From positions 93,806,001-93,870,000 of the forward strand of contig OZ260664.1 in NCBI GenBank assembly GCA_965285935.1: 64,000 nucleotides of DNA, given 5' to 3'. Position 1 is the stretch's first letter; the number at the start of each line of letters is the position of its first letter. This document shows, one piece after another, positions 36,144-48,662 of this stretch. A program made the position numbers and the translations under genes. The DNA comes from Ophelia neglecta. Its lineage: Eukaryota. The notes under the pieces were generated by a model that worked only from the letters and a program-made list of their open reading frames with translations, was not told the DNA's origin and made no database searches.

Positions 36144-37489
36144 CGATTAGATTAGATTAAACGCAATATTAACGATCATTAGATTAGTGTATTGTACTCA
36201 CCAGTTCGTTATTTCAAGTAGATTGTCATTGTTATGAACCTCTGCAGTGTGCCTGTCAAGAGCATATTATAATTATGCCCTATGTATATAGTTCTATATG
36301 GTGAACCTCTTGTATTTCAGGTGTCTGAATGGCTTGTAAGTCAAGTAGTCAGATTTACTATCGTATATTATTTTGAATTATGATAAGTATGGTTAATTCT
36401 GGCAATGAGCCATTAGTTATGACTTCTTGAAGTAGAAGATATACAAGTGGTATTTGAATATATGATGTTGGGCTTTTGAAATTCTGTACTGCCTGATTAA
36501 AGTGACAATTGTATATTGATATAAATTAACTAACGTACTATCATTTGTGTCTGCCCATCTGAAGAATGACATACTCTGTGGTACTGTTATACTAGCAGGC
36601 TGACGATTCTGAGCTTCTAAAATGCTGTCCCGCCTGATTAGGGTGTCAATCGCATTCTGATGTAAATTAATTTATATAATGTTATTCGTGTCAGTCTGTC
36701 CGTCCGTCTGTCTATAGCATGGCTTGCACTGTGGTACTGTTATACTGGAATGCTGACGATATTGAGCTTTTGAATTGTTGTCCAGCCTAATAAAGATGTA
36801 AATGCTTTGTGATGCAAATTATTTAAGATAGTTGCTCGTGTTAATTGGTCAGTATGACCACCTAAAATATGACTATGCTCTTATATGTGGTATTGTGATA
36901 TCTGTGTGTAAAGGTATTGAGCTTTTTGGAATGTTATTATTGTAGTACTTATATGATACCAAACTGTATCAGTGTCGGTACATTCCTCATATATTGCTTA
37001 TTGGTCTTGTAATTGTAGTTGGTGGTTCTGGCTGCTGGTATGCAATTAACAGGACATATTTGTTTGAGATAGTTATTCACTGTGCTAAATGGTGGCAAGA
37101 CTATGGTATAAATTATGTTTATTTGTTGTGGTCTATGTACATAGGGAGCCTGTCACTCCGACTACCATTACATTATATTTTTGTCAATGTACGAATCTTT
37201 CATAGATTCATTCTTGATTTTTTTTATTTTGTATTTTTTTCGATTTGTGTTGGCGCTATATGTTGTCTGGGGAGGATGGGGGAGTAGCACCGGGTTTTAT
37301 TTATATGTGATTGCCTATTTCTTGCTCTGTGGGTGCATTAAGTATTACTTTCACTTGTACAGGGCAAGAATTGGTATGTTTAATCTGTCAGCTTGTGGAC
37401 GAACATCTTTGTGTAAGCCTACTCTGTTAGATGCTTGTATGAAAGTGTTGTCGATGGCATGGTGTAGTCTATGTAGATACAAACCTTTA

Positions 37490-40400
37490 CTTTATGTGCT
37501 GCTTGTGGCCTGGATCTTTATGGTCTTACTGTTGTGTGGGGATATAGAGTTGAACCCGGGGCCTGAAAGGCGTAAATCTTTGGGGTCTTCATCAGATTTC
37601 GATGATAGTTTATCAATAGCACATCTAAATATTAGGAGCATTAGACAGAAAAGGGAGTTTATTGAATCTACATTATTGGACTTTGACGTCCTCTGTTTCA
37701 GTGAAACGCACTTGGGTAACGACTATGATATGACTAATCTATTAATTGATGGTTTTAACTCTCCGTTATACAAACATTGAAGGGGAGGGGTGATGATTTA
37801 TGTAAGTTCTAGTCTGAGGTCTGAAGAGGTTCCCGAATTAGCACACCCTAGACTAGAAATGGTGTGGATACAGATTGTTGGTAAAGACAAAAAATACCTG
37901 GTGGGTAACGTATATAGATCTCAAATGGAGCCGGGGTCATTCTGGGATGATTTAAATGTAACTATAGAAAGAGCTTTAAGGTGGTGTGGGACCTCTACAA
38001 TAGCTATTAGACATAAAGTGGTATCATTGGAATCCTAAAGTAGCAAATAAGTAATTTATGCCATCATACATTGCGTTCATGCATCTAGTTTACATACAGC
38101 GGTTTTTTTCCCCCAAAAAATCCCAAAATGTTGACTTTATTCAACTTTTTGTGTAAAAAAAATGCAACTTTTTTCAATCGCTCTCAGAAAAAAATGGAAC
38201 ATGTTATGACAATGACAGTTGGCTAAATATGTTTATAACAGCCTATTCTAGAAGACGGTCATACAGTTTTTCTTAAATCCTATCCTAAGTTGTGTTTTTG
38301 GGGCCATGATGACCCTAGTCATCAAAAAAAGTACACATTAGTGCGTATAAATCTTTACATGCCATTTAAAAACGAATGAAAAGGTGTATCGAAATTCTGG
38401 GACGCCGTTACCTAGAACTAACTGCTGCAAACAGTTTCCACTTTACAGAATTCAATTATCTCAATATTTGACTGCAGTAGCTCGAATGAAAAATTGTGTA
38501 TCAGTTGTAATTAATTAAAATCGGCTTGGTTAGAAATCAACAAACAAGGCTCCAGAAGGTAGTTTTTCGCACCTGAACTAGACGTAGCGGCGATAAGCTT
38601 TCACGCATTTTTGGGAACCTCGAGCCAGATTATGTGACCACCAATTACACTAATTGTCATTAAAATCGCACCAATGAAAAAGTGACTTTTTGACTGATTT
38701 ATCGGTGAGCACCAATCATATTACTGTCAATCGCCCAGAAGCACGTGGTCGAGCCACGCTTATCCGAGACTTGGCTATGACGTCAGGCCTAACCTGGGCT
38801 GGATGGGCGGAGCAGAGATCACCGGCCCGGCTTATGACCACAAAAGCGGCAAAGCCCATTATTTACGGATTAAGCCACACACTCTTGATAGCTCTTGACA
38901 CGGATCTTTTACACTTTCACACTTTTATACTTATTTACAGACAAATATTACTGGATAAAATGGTTAAAACGAAGCGAGATCGCCGCACATGTATTTTATT
39001 GCGAAGCCTAGTACCATGCCCGGAGACTAGACGTCGCCTTAAATAGTTATTCAAATCCTAAAGACTTTCCCGATTGATCCCTAAATCAAGGTAAATCCCT
39101 TATCCCTGCTTTTCTCCTGTTCGTAGCGCCCTGACCTGTTGAATTTTAATGAGTATAACTCACCTTCCAAGCATATGCCAAACATACTGTCTGCTGCGCG
39201 GGAAGCAGATGCGCTGGCAAATACCAAGGACGCATATGCGGTGGTAGGCAATCGTTTAGAACTTGGACAGCTGGTAGTAAACGAGTATTTACAACTATCT
39301 GTGATTACTTTCGACCCCGCATATTATTTGTGATGTCACAAACACTATAGTATGTGTAGGTATCTCACGGCCACATGCAATTAGCGGATTCAGCGGATTC
39401 AGCGGATTCAGCGGATTATAGCGGAATGAGGGGATTCTTCAGTTTATCAATAGCACATCTAAATATTAGGAGCATTAGACAGAAAAGGGAGTTTATTGAA
39501 TCTACATTATTGGACTTTGACGTCCTCTGTTTCAGTGAAACGCACTTGGGTAACGACTATGATATGACTAATCTATTAATTGATGGTTTTGACTCTCCGT
39601 TATACAAACATTGAAGGGGAGGGGTGATGATTTATGTAAGTTCTAGTCTGAGGTCTGAAGAGGTTCCCGAATTAGCACACCCTAGACTAGAAATGGTGTG
39701 GATACAGATTGTTGGTAAAGACAAAAAATACCTGGTGGGTAACGTATATAGATCTCAAATGGAGCCGGGGTCATTCTGGGATGATTTAAATGTAACTATA
39801 GAAAGAGCTTTAAGCATTAACGAAAACATTATAATTGTAGGAGATCTTAATGAAAACCTGCTTAACTTAAATTAGCATCAGTTAAAGGATATTATTCTGA
39901 TAAATGGCTTGACAAATATAATCTGTGAACCCACCAGGGTAGTTGGTGATTCTGCAACTCTTCTAGATCCAATCACAGTGTCTGATCTAATTGATTTTAC
40001 TGTTTCTGGAGTAATTGATGTGGATGGAGAGATAGGTGACCATAAAATTACCTATATTATTATTAAATTGGGTTATTGCAGAGTTTGCTCCTTCAGTAGG
40101 AAAATTTGGTTGTACAAAAAAGCGGATTTTAATAGATTACGGGCTCTTATTCAGGATGTACCCTGGGATAATTTCTTTAATCAATCTGAAGACATAAATG
40201 AACTTGCTGTTATGTTTATAAATATAATTTTAGAATTTAGCAATATATGTATACCACACAGAAACGTAAGAATTCGCCCACATGACAAGCCATGGTATAA
40301 TAATGAAATAAGGCGAGAGAGTAGAAGGCGTGACCGCTTAAGGAAGGAAGCAAATCGTACCAAAAAGGAATCTGTAATATTGAAATATAAACAATCTAGA

Positions 40401-42540
40401 AATCGGGTAAACAACATGAAGAAGCATGCCAAAGAAACTTTCTTTACTAGTCTTGAGATTCAGAGTTTGGAAACAATGACCAAAAACAGTTCTGGAAGAC
40501 TGTGAAATACTTTTTGAAGGGCACTACTTCGTCAATGATTCCTCCTCTAGTTAAATGTAATGGGGTGGGCGGTTTAGAGTTTGCTGTCACTGACGATGAA
40601 AAAGCGAACTTGTTAAATGATTATTTTTGTAGTATTTCACAAATTGATGACTCTTCTATTGAGCTTCCTTTTTTACCTACAAGAACTGATTCCACATTTG
40701 TTATGCCAGTTATAACAACGAATGAAGTTGAAGATGTCATTAGTATTTTGAGGGCTGATAAAGCATCGGGTCCCGACCAAATTGGCCACACGTTATTGAA
40801 AGGTGTTTCTGACTGCATAGCTGTGCCATTAACTATTCTCTTCAATTTGTCTTTATCCAAACAATCTTTTCCTTCCTGCTGGAAGGAAGCAAATGTCATT
40901 CCATTATTTAAAAAAGGTGAGCGAGATGTTGAGAAAAACTATAGACCAGTTTCGCTATTAAGTTGTGTAGCTAAGTTATTTGAAAGAATTGTTTTCAAAC
41001 ATATGTATAATTATCTACATACTCATGATCTCATTTCTAAATTTCAATCTGGCTGTAGACCAGGTCATTCAACAGTGTATCAACTCATTGAAATATATGA
41101 TAAGAATATGTAGATCTTTGGATAAGCGAGAGTACTTATGTATGGTGTTCTGTGATATATCCAAAGCTTTTGACAGAGTGTGGCACAAGGGTTTATTACA
41201 CAAATGTTACTCGTATGGGTTTCGACAAGGGTTTGCCCAGTGGCTTGAAAGTTATTTATGTGATAGGAGACAGAGAGTTGTTATAAATTCGAGTATTTCT
41301 GAATTACGTCACCTTGGAGCAGGAGTTCCTCAAGGGTCAGTTTTGGGTCCACTTCTGTTCCTGATATTTATTAACGACATTGCTAATAATTTAAATTGTT
41401 CAACTAGACTTTTTGCTGATGATAGTTCTTTGTCACAGTCTTCAATCGATATTATCGCAATTGAAACTGAATTAAATGCTAACCTTGTCAAATTGGAAGC
41501 CTGGTCTAAGCAGTGGCTAGTCTCATTGAACCCAAGTAAAACCGAAGTGGTATTATTTACAAATCGTTTACTTGAAACTTCACCTAGTTTGTTTTTTCAA
41601 TCTCAAGAATTAGATTATGTAAGCCATCATAAACACCTGGGCTTAAATTTCAGTAGTGATGCAAAATGGAATTGTCATGTTAATAGTATTCTAGCCAGCA
41701 GTAAATGTTAGGAATTCTTCGAAAACTAAAATTGCATATATCCAGAAAATGTTTAGAAACTATGTACATCTCCTTTATAAGACCTAGTCTGGAAAATGCC
41801 GATATTGTATGGGATGGATGTACTGAAAATAATTGTATTCGCCTGGAAAGAGTACAGCATGAGGCGGCACGAATTGTTACAGGGTTAACGAGGAGTGTAA
41901 AACTTGATTACCTTTACAGGGAAATTGGCTGGAAATCTTTGTCCCAACGTAGAAAGGAACATAAGCTGGTAACATTTTTCAAAATTGTGCATGGCTATGC
42001 TCCAAATTATCTTTGTCTTCCGCCCACTATTGGGGAAGTCTCTAATTACAATCTGCGAAACAATGAACATTTTGTACAGCCATTTTGTCGCTTGGAAAAT
42101 TATAAAAAATCTTTCTTCCCCTCGTCAGTTACACTTTGGAACAGCCTCCCTGATAGCATTAAACAAGATAATAACATTGTGTCTTTTAAACAATATGTTC
42201 GGGGTGTTCCTACTACTGTTCCTGTTTATTATTCCTATGGTTCAAGAAAATATTCTATTATTCATGCAAGATTGAGGAACAATTTTAGCAGCTTAAATGA
42301 TGACCTATTCAATAATCATGTGTTACTTGACAGTAATTGCCACTGTGGCGAACCTGAAACTATTTCTTTCAATGTCACACCTATATTAATCAGCGGTAAG
42401 AGATGGTCGAAGCATTGCAACGTGTTAACTTACCTTTTAATCTGCAGCTCATGTTATTTGGAGATGTGTCAAATGTTATGTTAAGTTCAACATTAATAGA
42501 ACTGGTTCACCCATTTATAAAGGAATCTGGAAGGCTTGAA
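37490..42540 (+). pseudogene. CR1 ORF2 (2A-like leader, APE, RT) with stops and frameshifts
   Basis: LLLCGDIELNPGP; HLNIRS, FSETH, GDLN, LLDPI, GDH; NYRPVSLL, CDISKAFDRV, GVPQGSVLGP, FADD. Confidence 0.92.
37980..39440 (+). mobile_element. Kolobok-like DNA transposon left-end fragment
   Basis: Begins TTAA|GGTGGTGTGGGA at a TTAA in the CR1 EN, with ggtatcattggaa subterminal motif; no matching right end; (agcggattc)x4 near 39383-39418. Confidence 0.6.
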
Positions 42541-43178
42541 TGAAGGAATAAGCTTATGGTGCTTTAGCTCCCCCGTCCCCCTTAGCCAGCCAACCAAAAT
42601 AATTTATATATTATACATTCACTATGTGATGTTATAAATTGTACTGCCATGGTATAAACATGTATTACGTTTGTAAGGTAAGGCCGATTACTAAGTTGTT
42701 ATAACTTGTGGCCAAACCTACTTGCAGGTAATAAGGCAATAAAATATGTTTAAACTAATGAGGGCCGCATGACCCATGAACGTTTTTTTTACTAATAAAA
42801 TCGAAAGGACTACCTTATATCATATGCGCGGGCAGCCCGGCTTAGCGTGCGCCTGCCAAAACTCTGAGGGGACCCGCCCGGGTTTTTGAAGTCGCGGGCC
42901 CGCAGATTTACCCAACGGCCAAGTACACTTACAAACATGGTGGTTTATTTTATGATTTATGTGGTTATTCAAATTTTCATTCAATTTCACATAATGTTAT
43001 CCAGTATTTATATCCCAAATCTTTTAGCTTCTACTCATTTTACACGTGCGTAATATTTAGGGGTTAGGTATTGTCGGCATTACCTACCTGAGTCATATGC
43101 GTGACTCGCATATGTTTTCACCACGTGTTTCTATGGAAACACAAAATATCTGTCATTTTCAAAAGTTGAACAACGCTT

Positions 43179-45963
43179 ATGATCATGGCTCCCAGGAAGA
43201 ATACATCGCGTTCGTTCAGAGAGAGATACAATGCTTTAGTTAAGAATGTGATGGCGTTCTATCGGAAGGAAGCGGAGCAGGGCTTGAGTGTGTCTCTCGA
43301 TAGACCAATTGCTCGGGCCCTACACATATTGGGAATAAGTAGATCAACTCTCTACGGTATCATTAAGGAAGGCAATTCGAGTAAGTGCCCAGATGCAGTC
43401 GGTAAATATCTGGGGCCGAGTGCACAAAAGTGCTAAGTCCTCGGACTTGACTTATTCCAAGTCCTACTTAAATGATTTAAGTCCAATTGTGTGCTAGAAA
43501 GGACTTAAGTCCTAGGACTCAAATTGATGTACTTTGTTGTTATGGAAATAAAGTCTTGCAACAGAACTTGAAGTCTAAGTCTCTTTTACGTGTGCTAGAA
43601 AGTGCTTAAGTCCCAAGTAGGACTTAAACTTGTACTTAAATGAGCCAAAATCTAAGTATACTCTTGTAGGTGACTTACAATTTTAAGTCCTGCGTTCGTA
43701 CTGTCAAAATGGAAGCAATACGGCGGCTTCGCGTCCTTCGGCAACAGGTTGAGCAAGCAGAAAGGCCTCCTCGTTTGCTCAGGGACCACATCAACCCTAT
43801 CGAGGGTCTCACTGATGTGGAGGTATACCGCCGGTACAGATTTAGGCCGCAAACGATCTTGCATTTGTGCGGCATGTTGCAGGAATGGCTGGTACGGCCG
43901 ACATCAAGGAGCCGCGCCCTACCAGTCCTGTATGTAGTCTTGATTGCCATACAGTACGTAGCCAGTGGATCTTTCCAGCTGATTATAGCTGACACGGTTC
44001 GCATCCATCGGACCACTGCCTGCAGATGCATCCGGCAGTTCTGCACGGCCATGGGGCATATTGTTCCCAGCAGGCTTGTTCAATTCCCCACAGACACTGG
44101 AAGAAGGGTGAAGCAGGACTTCTATGACATTGCTGGTATGGACACAACCATTAAAGAGGACCTACCTGCCAATGCCGCCAACTTGTCAGTATCAAACGAA
44201 GAGGCGACGGTCAGTCATTTAGTGGACTTGGCAGAATTTACACCACTTGCTCGAGCATCCTCTCCGCTTAGAAGTTATCAACCCGTGCAAGTGTCGGCCA
44301 GTCAAGCAGACCTCTCATCAATACCATCTGCCCAAAGCATTCATCAGAAGAGAGGTCCTAGGCGCCTGTATGACGACTTTGACAGAGACGCCATCCGCAC
44401 AAAGGTGTATGATATGTACAGTCTGGGAACTTTTGTCACCATTGATAAGCTACAGAAGTCTTTGTGGCCCGAGGAAGATAGGTCGCCAGAGATGAATGTG
44501 CCGAGTCAGACTACTTTGAGACGAATTCTTGGGGAGCAAGGATTCGTCTTCAAGAAAAGAGGAAAGGATTTATTCATCCGAGAGAGATGGGACATCGCCG
44601 CAAAGCGACACAGGTTTGTAGGCACACTCTCAATTGGATTTTTAAACTTACTTATTTTACACGGTTTATCAGCTTAATTTAAGCCAGTAGGTTGCTCGCC
44701 TATATTTATTAATGCATGAAATTGTGTCCATTGACCAGAATTGCTAAGTATTTGTGTAATATTGTAGACTACTAATTCTTGCTAATCATGTTCTAACTTT
44801 ATAGACGATACACGAAATCCCACAACTTCCTGGAAAGTGGGCGACATTGAATCATGGTTCGAGAAACATTCCATCCCCCTCCCCGCCCCTGCCAACGGAC
44901 GCCGGGTGGTTAAGAAGGACCTCCTGATGGAAGCCAAGCGGCGTCGGATTGCTCCGAAATATGAATTCGGCGAGCTGTTGAAGGAGCTTGGTCACGAGGT
45001 TGTGAGGATCCCTCATTACCACTCGGAACTGAATGCCATCGAACTGGCTTGGGGCCAAGTCAAACGAACAGCATCTAACATCATGACCAAGTTCACGGCA
45101 ACGGAGGCGCGAACCGCTTTTGAGACTGGTCATCATAGGGTGTCTCAGATGGGTTTCTGGGCCCAAAATATAGCCCATGTGCAGAAGGTGGAAGAAGAGT
45201 AAGATATATTTCATTTCCTGCCGCAGGTCTTTCCTGCTCCACCACTACATAGAAACATACGCCTTAATTCATCTCCATGAATCGTTTTACTTAGCATTAG
45301 CCAACAGTTGTAAATTCCAGTAAATGTCGTTTTCATGTACCAGGTTTTGGAAGAAGGATAATATCGTTGCGGATACTGTCACACGGATGGTTATCGAGGT
45401 TGGCGTGTCCGACTCTGAAACCGAGAGTGATGATGATGATATAGGCGAGGAGACTGACCAAATGCAGCAACCTGACAGATGCGGTGAATGTGTCCGGCTC
45501 ATTGTGGACAGTTACGATGTAAGTTGGAAGGGGTAGAGGGCGGCGGGGGGGGGGGGGGGGTAGGGTCTTTATATGTGTGTACCATTAACTGCATATCCAG
45601 TTTTGGTATATAAAGGGTTAAGTTCTTTCATCAAAATAAACTGCTAATTTGGGTAAGGATAACATAAAATTACGAGAAGAATCTTACTATCAATAACTTT
45701 GTTTTTTTGCATAAGCACATCACATGCTCACACACCCGGTGACCCCTATATATATTTGTATTTTATAGGATTGGCTTGGATGTGACGCATGTCCTGCTGT
45801 TTACCACCAGGAATGCATTTCACCGGAGGAGTTGGCCCTTGCCCGGGAGACAGTTGCGGCCTCCACTCCATGGACCTGTGTACACTGCCGTACACCTGTG
45901 TACACTGGCGTGTACGAAAGACGGGACCAAGGCCTCTGTAAGCGTACACACGTCCTTCCTTAA
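43179..45963 (+). pseudogene. Spliced IS630/Tc1/mariner (Sailor-like) transposase with C-terminal PHD finger; catalytic D-D region missing
   Basis: Exon 1 43179-43380 (LGISRSTLYGI HTH, donor gtaagt); DDFDRDAIR..TTLRRIL..GFVFKK..ERWDI (to 44613); 44804-45198 GHEVVRIPHYHSELNAIELAWGQVK; 45344-45518; 45769-45963 DWLGCDACPAVYHQEC..WTCVHC. Confidence 0.85.
43412..44140 (+). mobile_element. Harbinger 5' end plus first transposase exon (HARBI1-like)
   Basis: Starts GGGGCCGAGTGCACAAAAG with subterminal acttaagtcc repeats; RYRF..ASGSFQ..ADTVRIHRTTACR..QFP..KQDFYDIAG|gtatg. Confidence 0.85.
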
Positions 45964-46561
45964 TCACCTCGGAGTCTTGTGCAGTTTTGGGACACTCTAC
46001 CGCTGTATATGTAAACGTCGTGGACATTTTACTCCAGCCATACGTGCACGTGTAAGCCTATTCTGTGCATGTGTTACTTCGTGGATAACAAAAACCTAAG
46101 TTTACAAAAATAGTTACACTGGTGTAATTGTTGGTATTAAAATGGCACACGTTAACTGGTTTCCTTTTTGAAATACACTACGGTATCCCTACTACAAGTT
46201 AAGCACAAGGTAACTTCTGTCTAGAGCGGCCACCTGCTTTCTCATCTTTCCTACTTGCCAAATGCGCAGTACATTGAGCAGTGACCAGATTAGACTGCTG
46301 CTTATGTTCGGGTGGCAGGCAACTTATATGTGCTGGCCAATCAGCGGTGTCCAAAAATAGACTACTTGGTTGATCGCTCGACTACAGACTTCCACATGCC
46401 TTCGATCGGGTACCCTTGGTTTCGGGAAGATTTGAGGAAAAACGACCCTTCTCGGCCGCACATACCCGGTAGGCCGGAGATTTGGAGAGCCCCCCCCCCC
46501 CCTCGGGTTAAGACCGTCCTTAGTTGCGCTATAGACCGGATCAGAGATCGCTCATTCAGTA

Positions 46562-48662
46562 GGCTGTTCTGAATCGGCAGACGCGCGAACGGCGAACGCG
46601 GACCTCCAAAATTTGTAGCATTATGGTAACGGCCTATGGTAACTGCTAACGTTACAGCGAAGCGCTCACATCCTGCACAGCTGGATAAGTCTGGAAGTTG
46701 AAATAATCACACCTTGCCTGTCAACTAATTGCAGGCCTCGAAATAATTTGTTAAAAGCTTGGCAGCATTATTTCCGTAATCGATAACTACCGGCACAACC
46801 AAAGCGGGATTACCCAAATCGGTCACGGACAAAATCGGCCATGTCGACACTATATAGATCTATATGTTTCTGTTTGCGGCAGCTAGGCCTGAGTCGGTAG
46901 TGTTTAAGGCCGGATTAAAATTTCTATCCAAAGGCGACCCACAAATGTTTAATGATTGGGGGTTACAAAATTATCAACATTAATTAACTGTATTGGGGAA
47001 AGGAAAAATGTGGCACCATCAGATATATATGAAATATGCAATCCCATAGAAGTCCAATTATTTTTAATGGGAATGGCATGCCAAGTAATGCAGCTCTACC
47101 AATCATCATTCAGGCTTTTATTAGTGATTTGATACAAGAAGGAGTTTAGGGGGAAAGTCTTCTTGACCCCCCCCCCCCCCCATCCATCAAATCACTACCC
47201 CATCCCTGCTAGTATTAGCGACTAGCCCCCCCCCCCCCTCCTTCATTAATGTGATTAATTGCCAGTCAGTGATTAATTTCGTGGCAGTCCCCACTGTCAT
47301 TACATGATAGGCCTCTTATATTATTTATCAATGCCAGGGATAACAAGTCCCCCATGTTTGAATTGTCAAAATCTAGACATTTCGATGAAGTCAAAAGCTA
47401 GAGTCTGCTACAGAATTCTAACCAAATATTAAAAGATCTATATATATATATCGTGGCCATTCGTGACCCTTTTATTGACGTGTTGACAAGACAACCATAA
47501 CTACTATTATGCTTTGTAAATAGGAAAGAAATAAATAGAAACCATTACTCGCCCCTAAACGTAGTCACCCTTTATCCAAGTCGACCTGTTTGCCGACGAA
47601 GCCCTATGCTGACTAGCGAACTCACCTTCGAGTGCCATATGTAGTCGCCCTACATATTTTATTTCTATTATCTGAGTTTAGAAAGCACTGTGACATGGGA
47701 ATGAGCAGTAATATATATATATATCTTTAGAAATTCTCGCGATATAGCTGGCGGTAAAATGACCACAGGTTAGTTTTTACGCCCTCCACGAGCAAAACAA
47801 CGTGTCCCGCCATATTTGGTGTTGAATACGTAGTGTGCACTCCACGGCTATATAGTAAACCAACCAAACACAATATATTATCAGTTACGCCATGCTTGAA
47901 CGTTGAATACGGTGTGGTACGCCAACCTAGCAATTTGTATGCCCTGAAGCCGAAGGCTGAAGGGCATACAGGTTGCTAGGTTGGCGTACCACACCGTATT
48001 CAACGTTCAAGCATGGCGTTACGGTTTTATCATATACCTAACAAGTTGACAAATTCCTTCTTTCGGACAGTAGGAAAAATGTATTGAACTACACCGACTC
48101 TTGCCTTGTGCATTCCGGAATCAGGTGATGACCTAGATCGAAAAACGAGGCTGCTATGACGTCATTTAGGGGATTCCCCTCCAACCTTTAAGGTATTCCC
48201 AACTGAGTAATACTGGATTCCGTCTGAACAATACAAGTTTATATGGTTCAGGTGACTGACCAATCAGTGACTAGGATACTTGTTAGGTATATGATAAATA
48301 TATATATATATATATATCTCTTTATTCGTACGAATGAATGTACACAAATTGGGTGCAATTAAATGGAAGGTGCAGAAAAAAAAGGGGGAAAACAGATGTG
48401 CACAAGATCACGGATGACACTGGCTATGATCATACTTTCTTCAATATCCTCGGTTTTCCATACATTACTAGAGAAACTAGTGAAAATAACCTCGAGCGAC
48501 TTGGCATCCGCACGAGTTGTGGCCCGCGCGAGTTTGCACCCGTGCGAGTTGACTGGACACCAGTCGGATCAGTCTCCTGACAGCGCCAGAGTTCATACCG
48601 TAATGCTACAAATTTTGGAGGTCCGCGTTCGCCGTTCGCGCGTCTGCCGATTCAGAATAGCC
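46562..48662. mobile_element. Non-autonomous MULE/MuDR-type element
   Basis: ~67-bp TIRs GGCTGTTCTGAATCGGCAG...CTGCCGATTCAGAATAGCC; perfect 9-bp TSD cattcagta (46553-46561 and 48663-48671). Confidence 0.9.
47725..48298. mobile_element. Crypton-like non-autonomous hairpin element inserted in (TA)n
   Basis: 59-bp-arm hairpin 47887-48019 with gaagccgaaggctga loop; second inverted repeat tttatcatatacctaacaag (48026-48045) / 48279-48298; (TA)n on both sides. Confidence 0.6.

Larger units (their letters stand above)
35000..42758 (+). mobile_element. Two-ORF CR1 LINE, decayed, with 2A peptide; interrupted by a Kolobok fragment
   Basis: ORF1 35176-36143; ORF2 ~37500-42540; 3' end aataaaatatgtttaaactaa; 5' boundary approximate. 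Confidence 0.88.
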
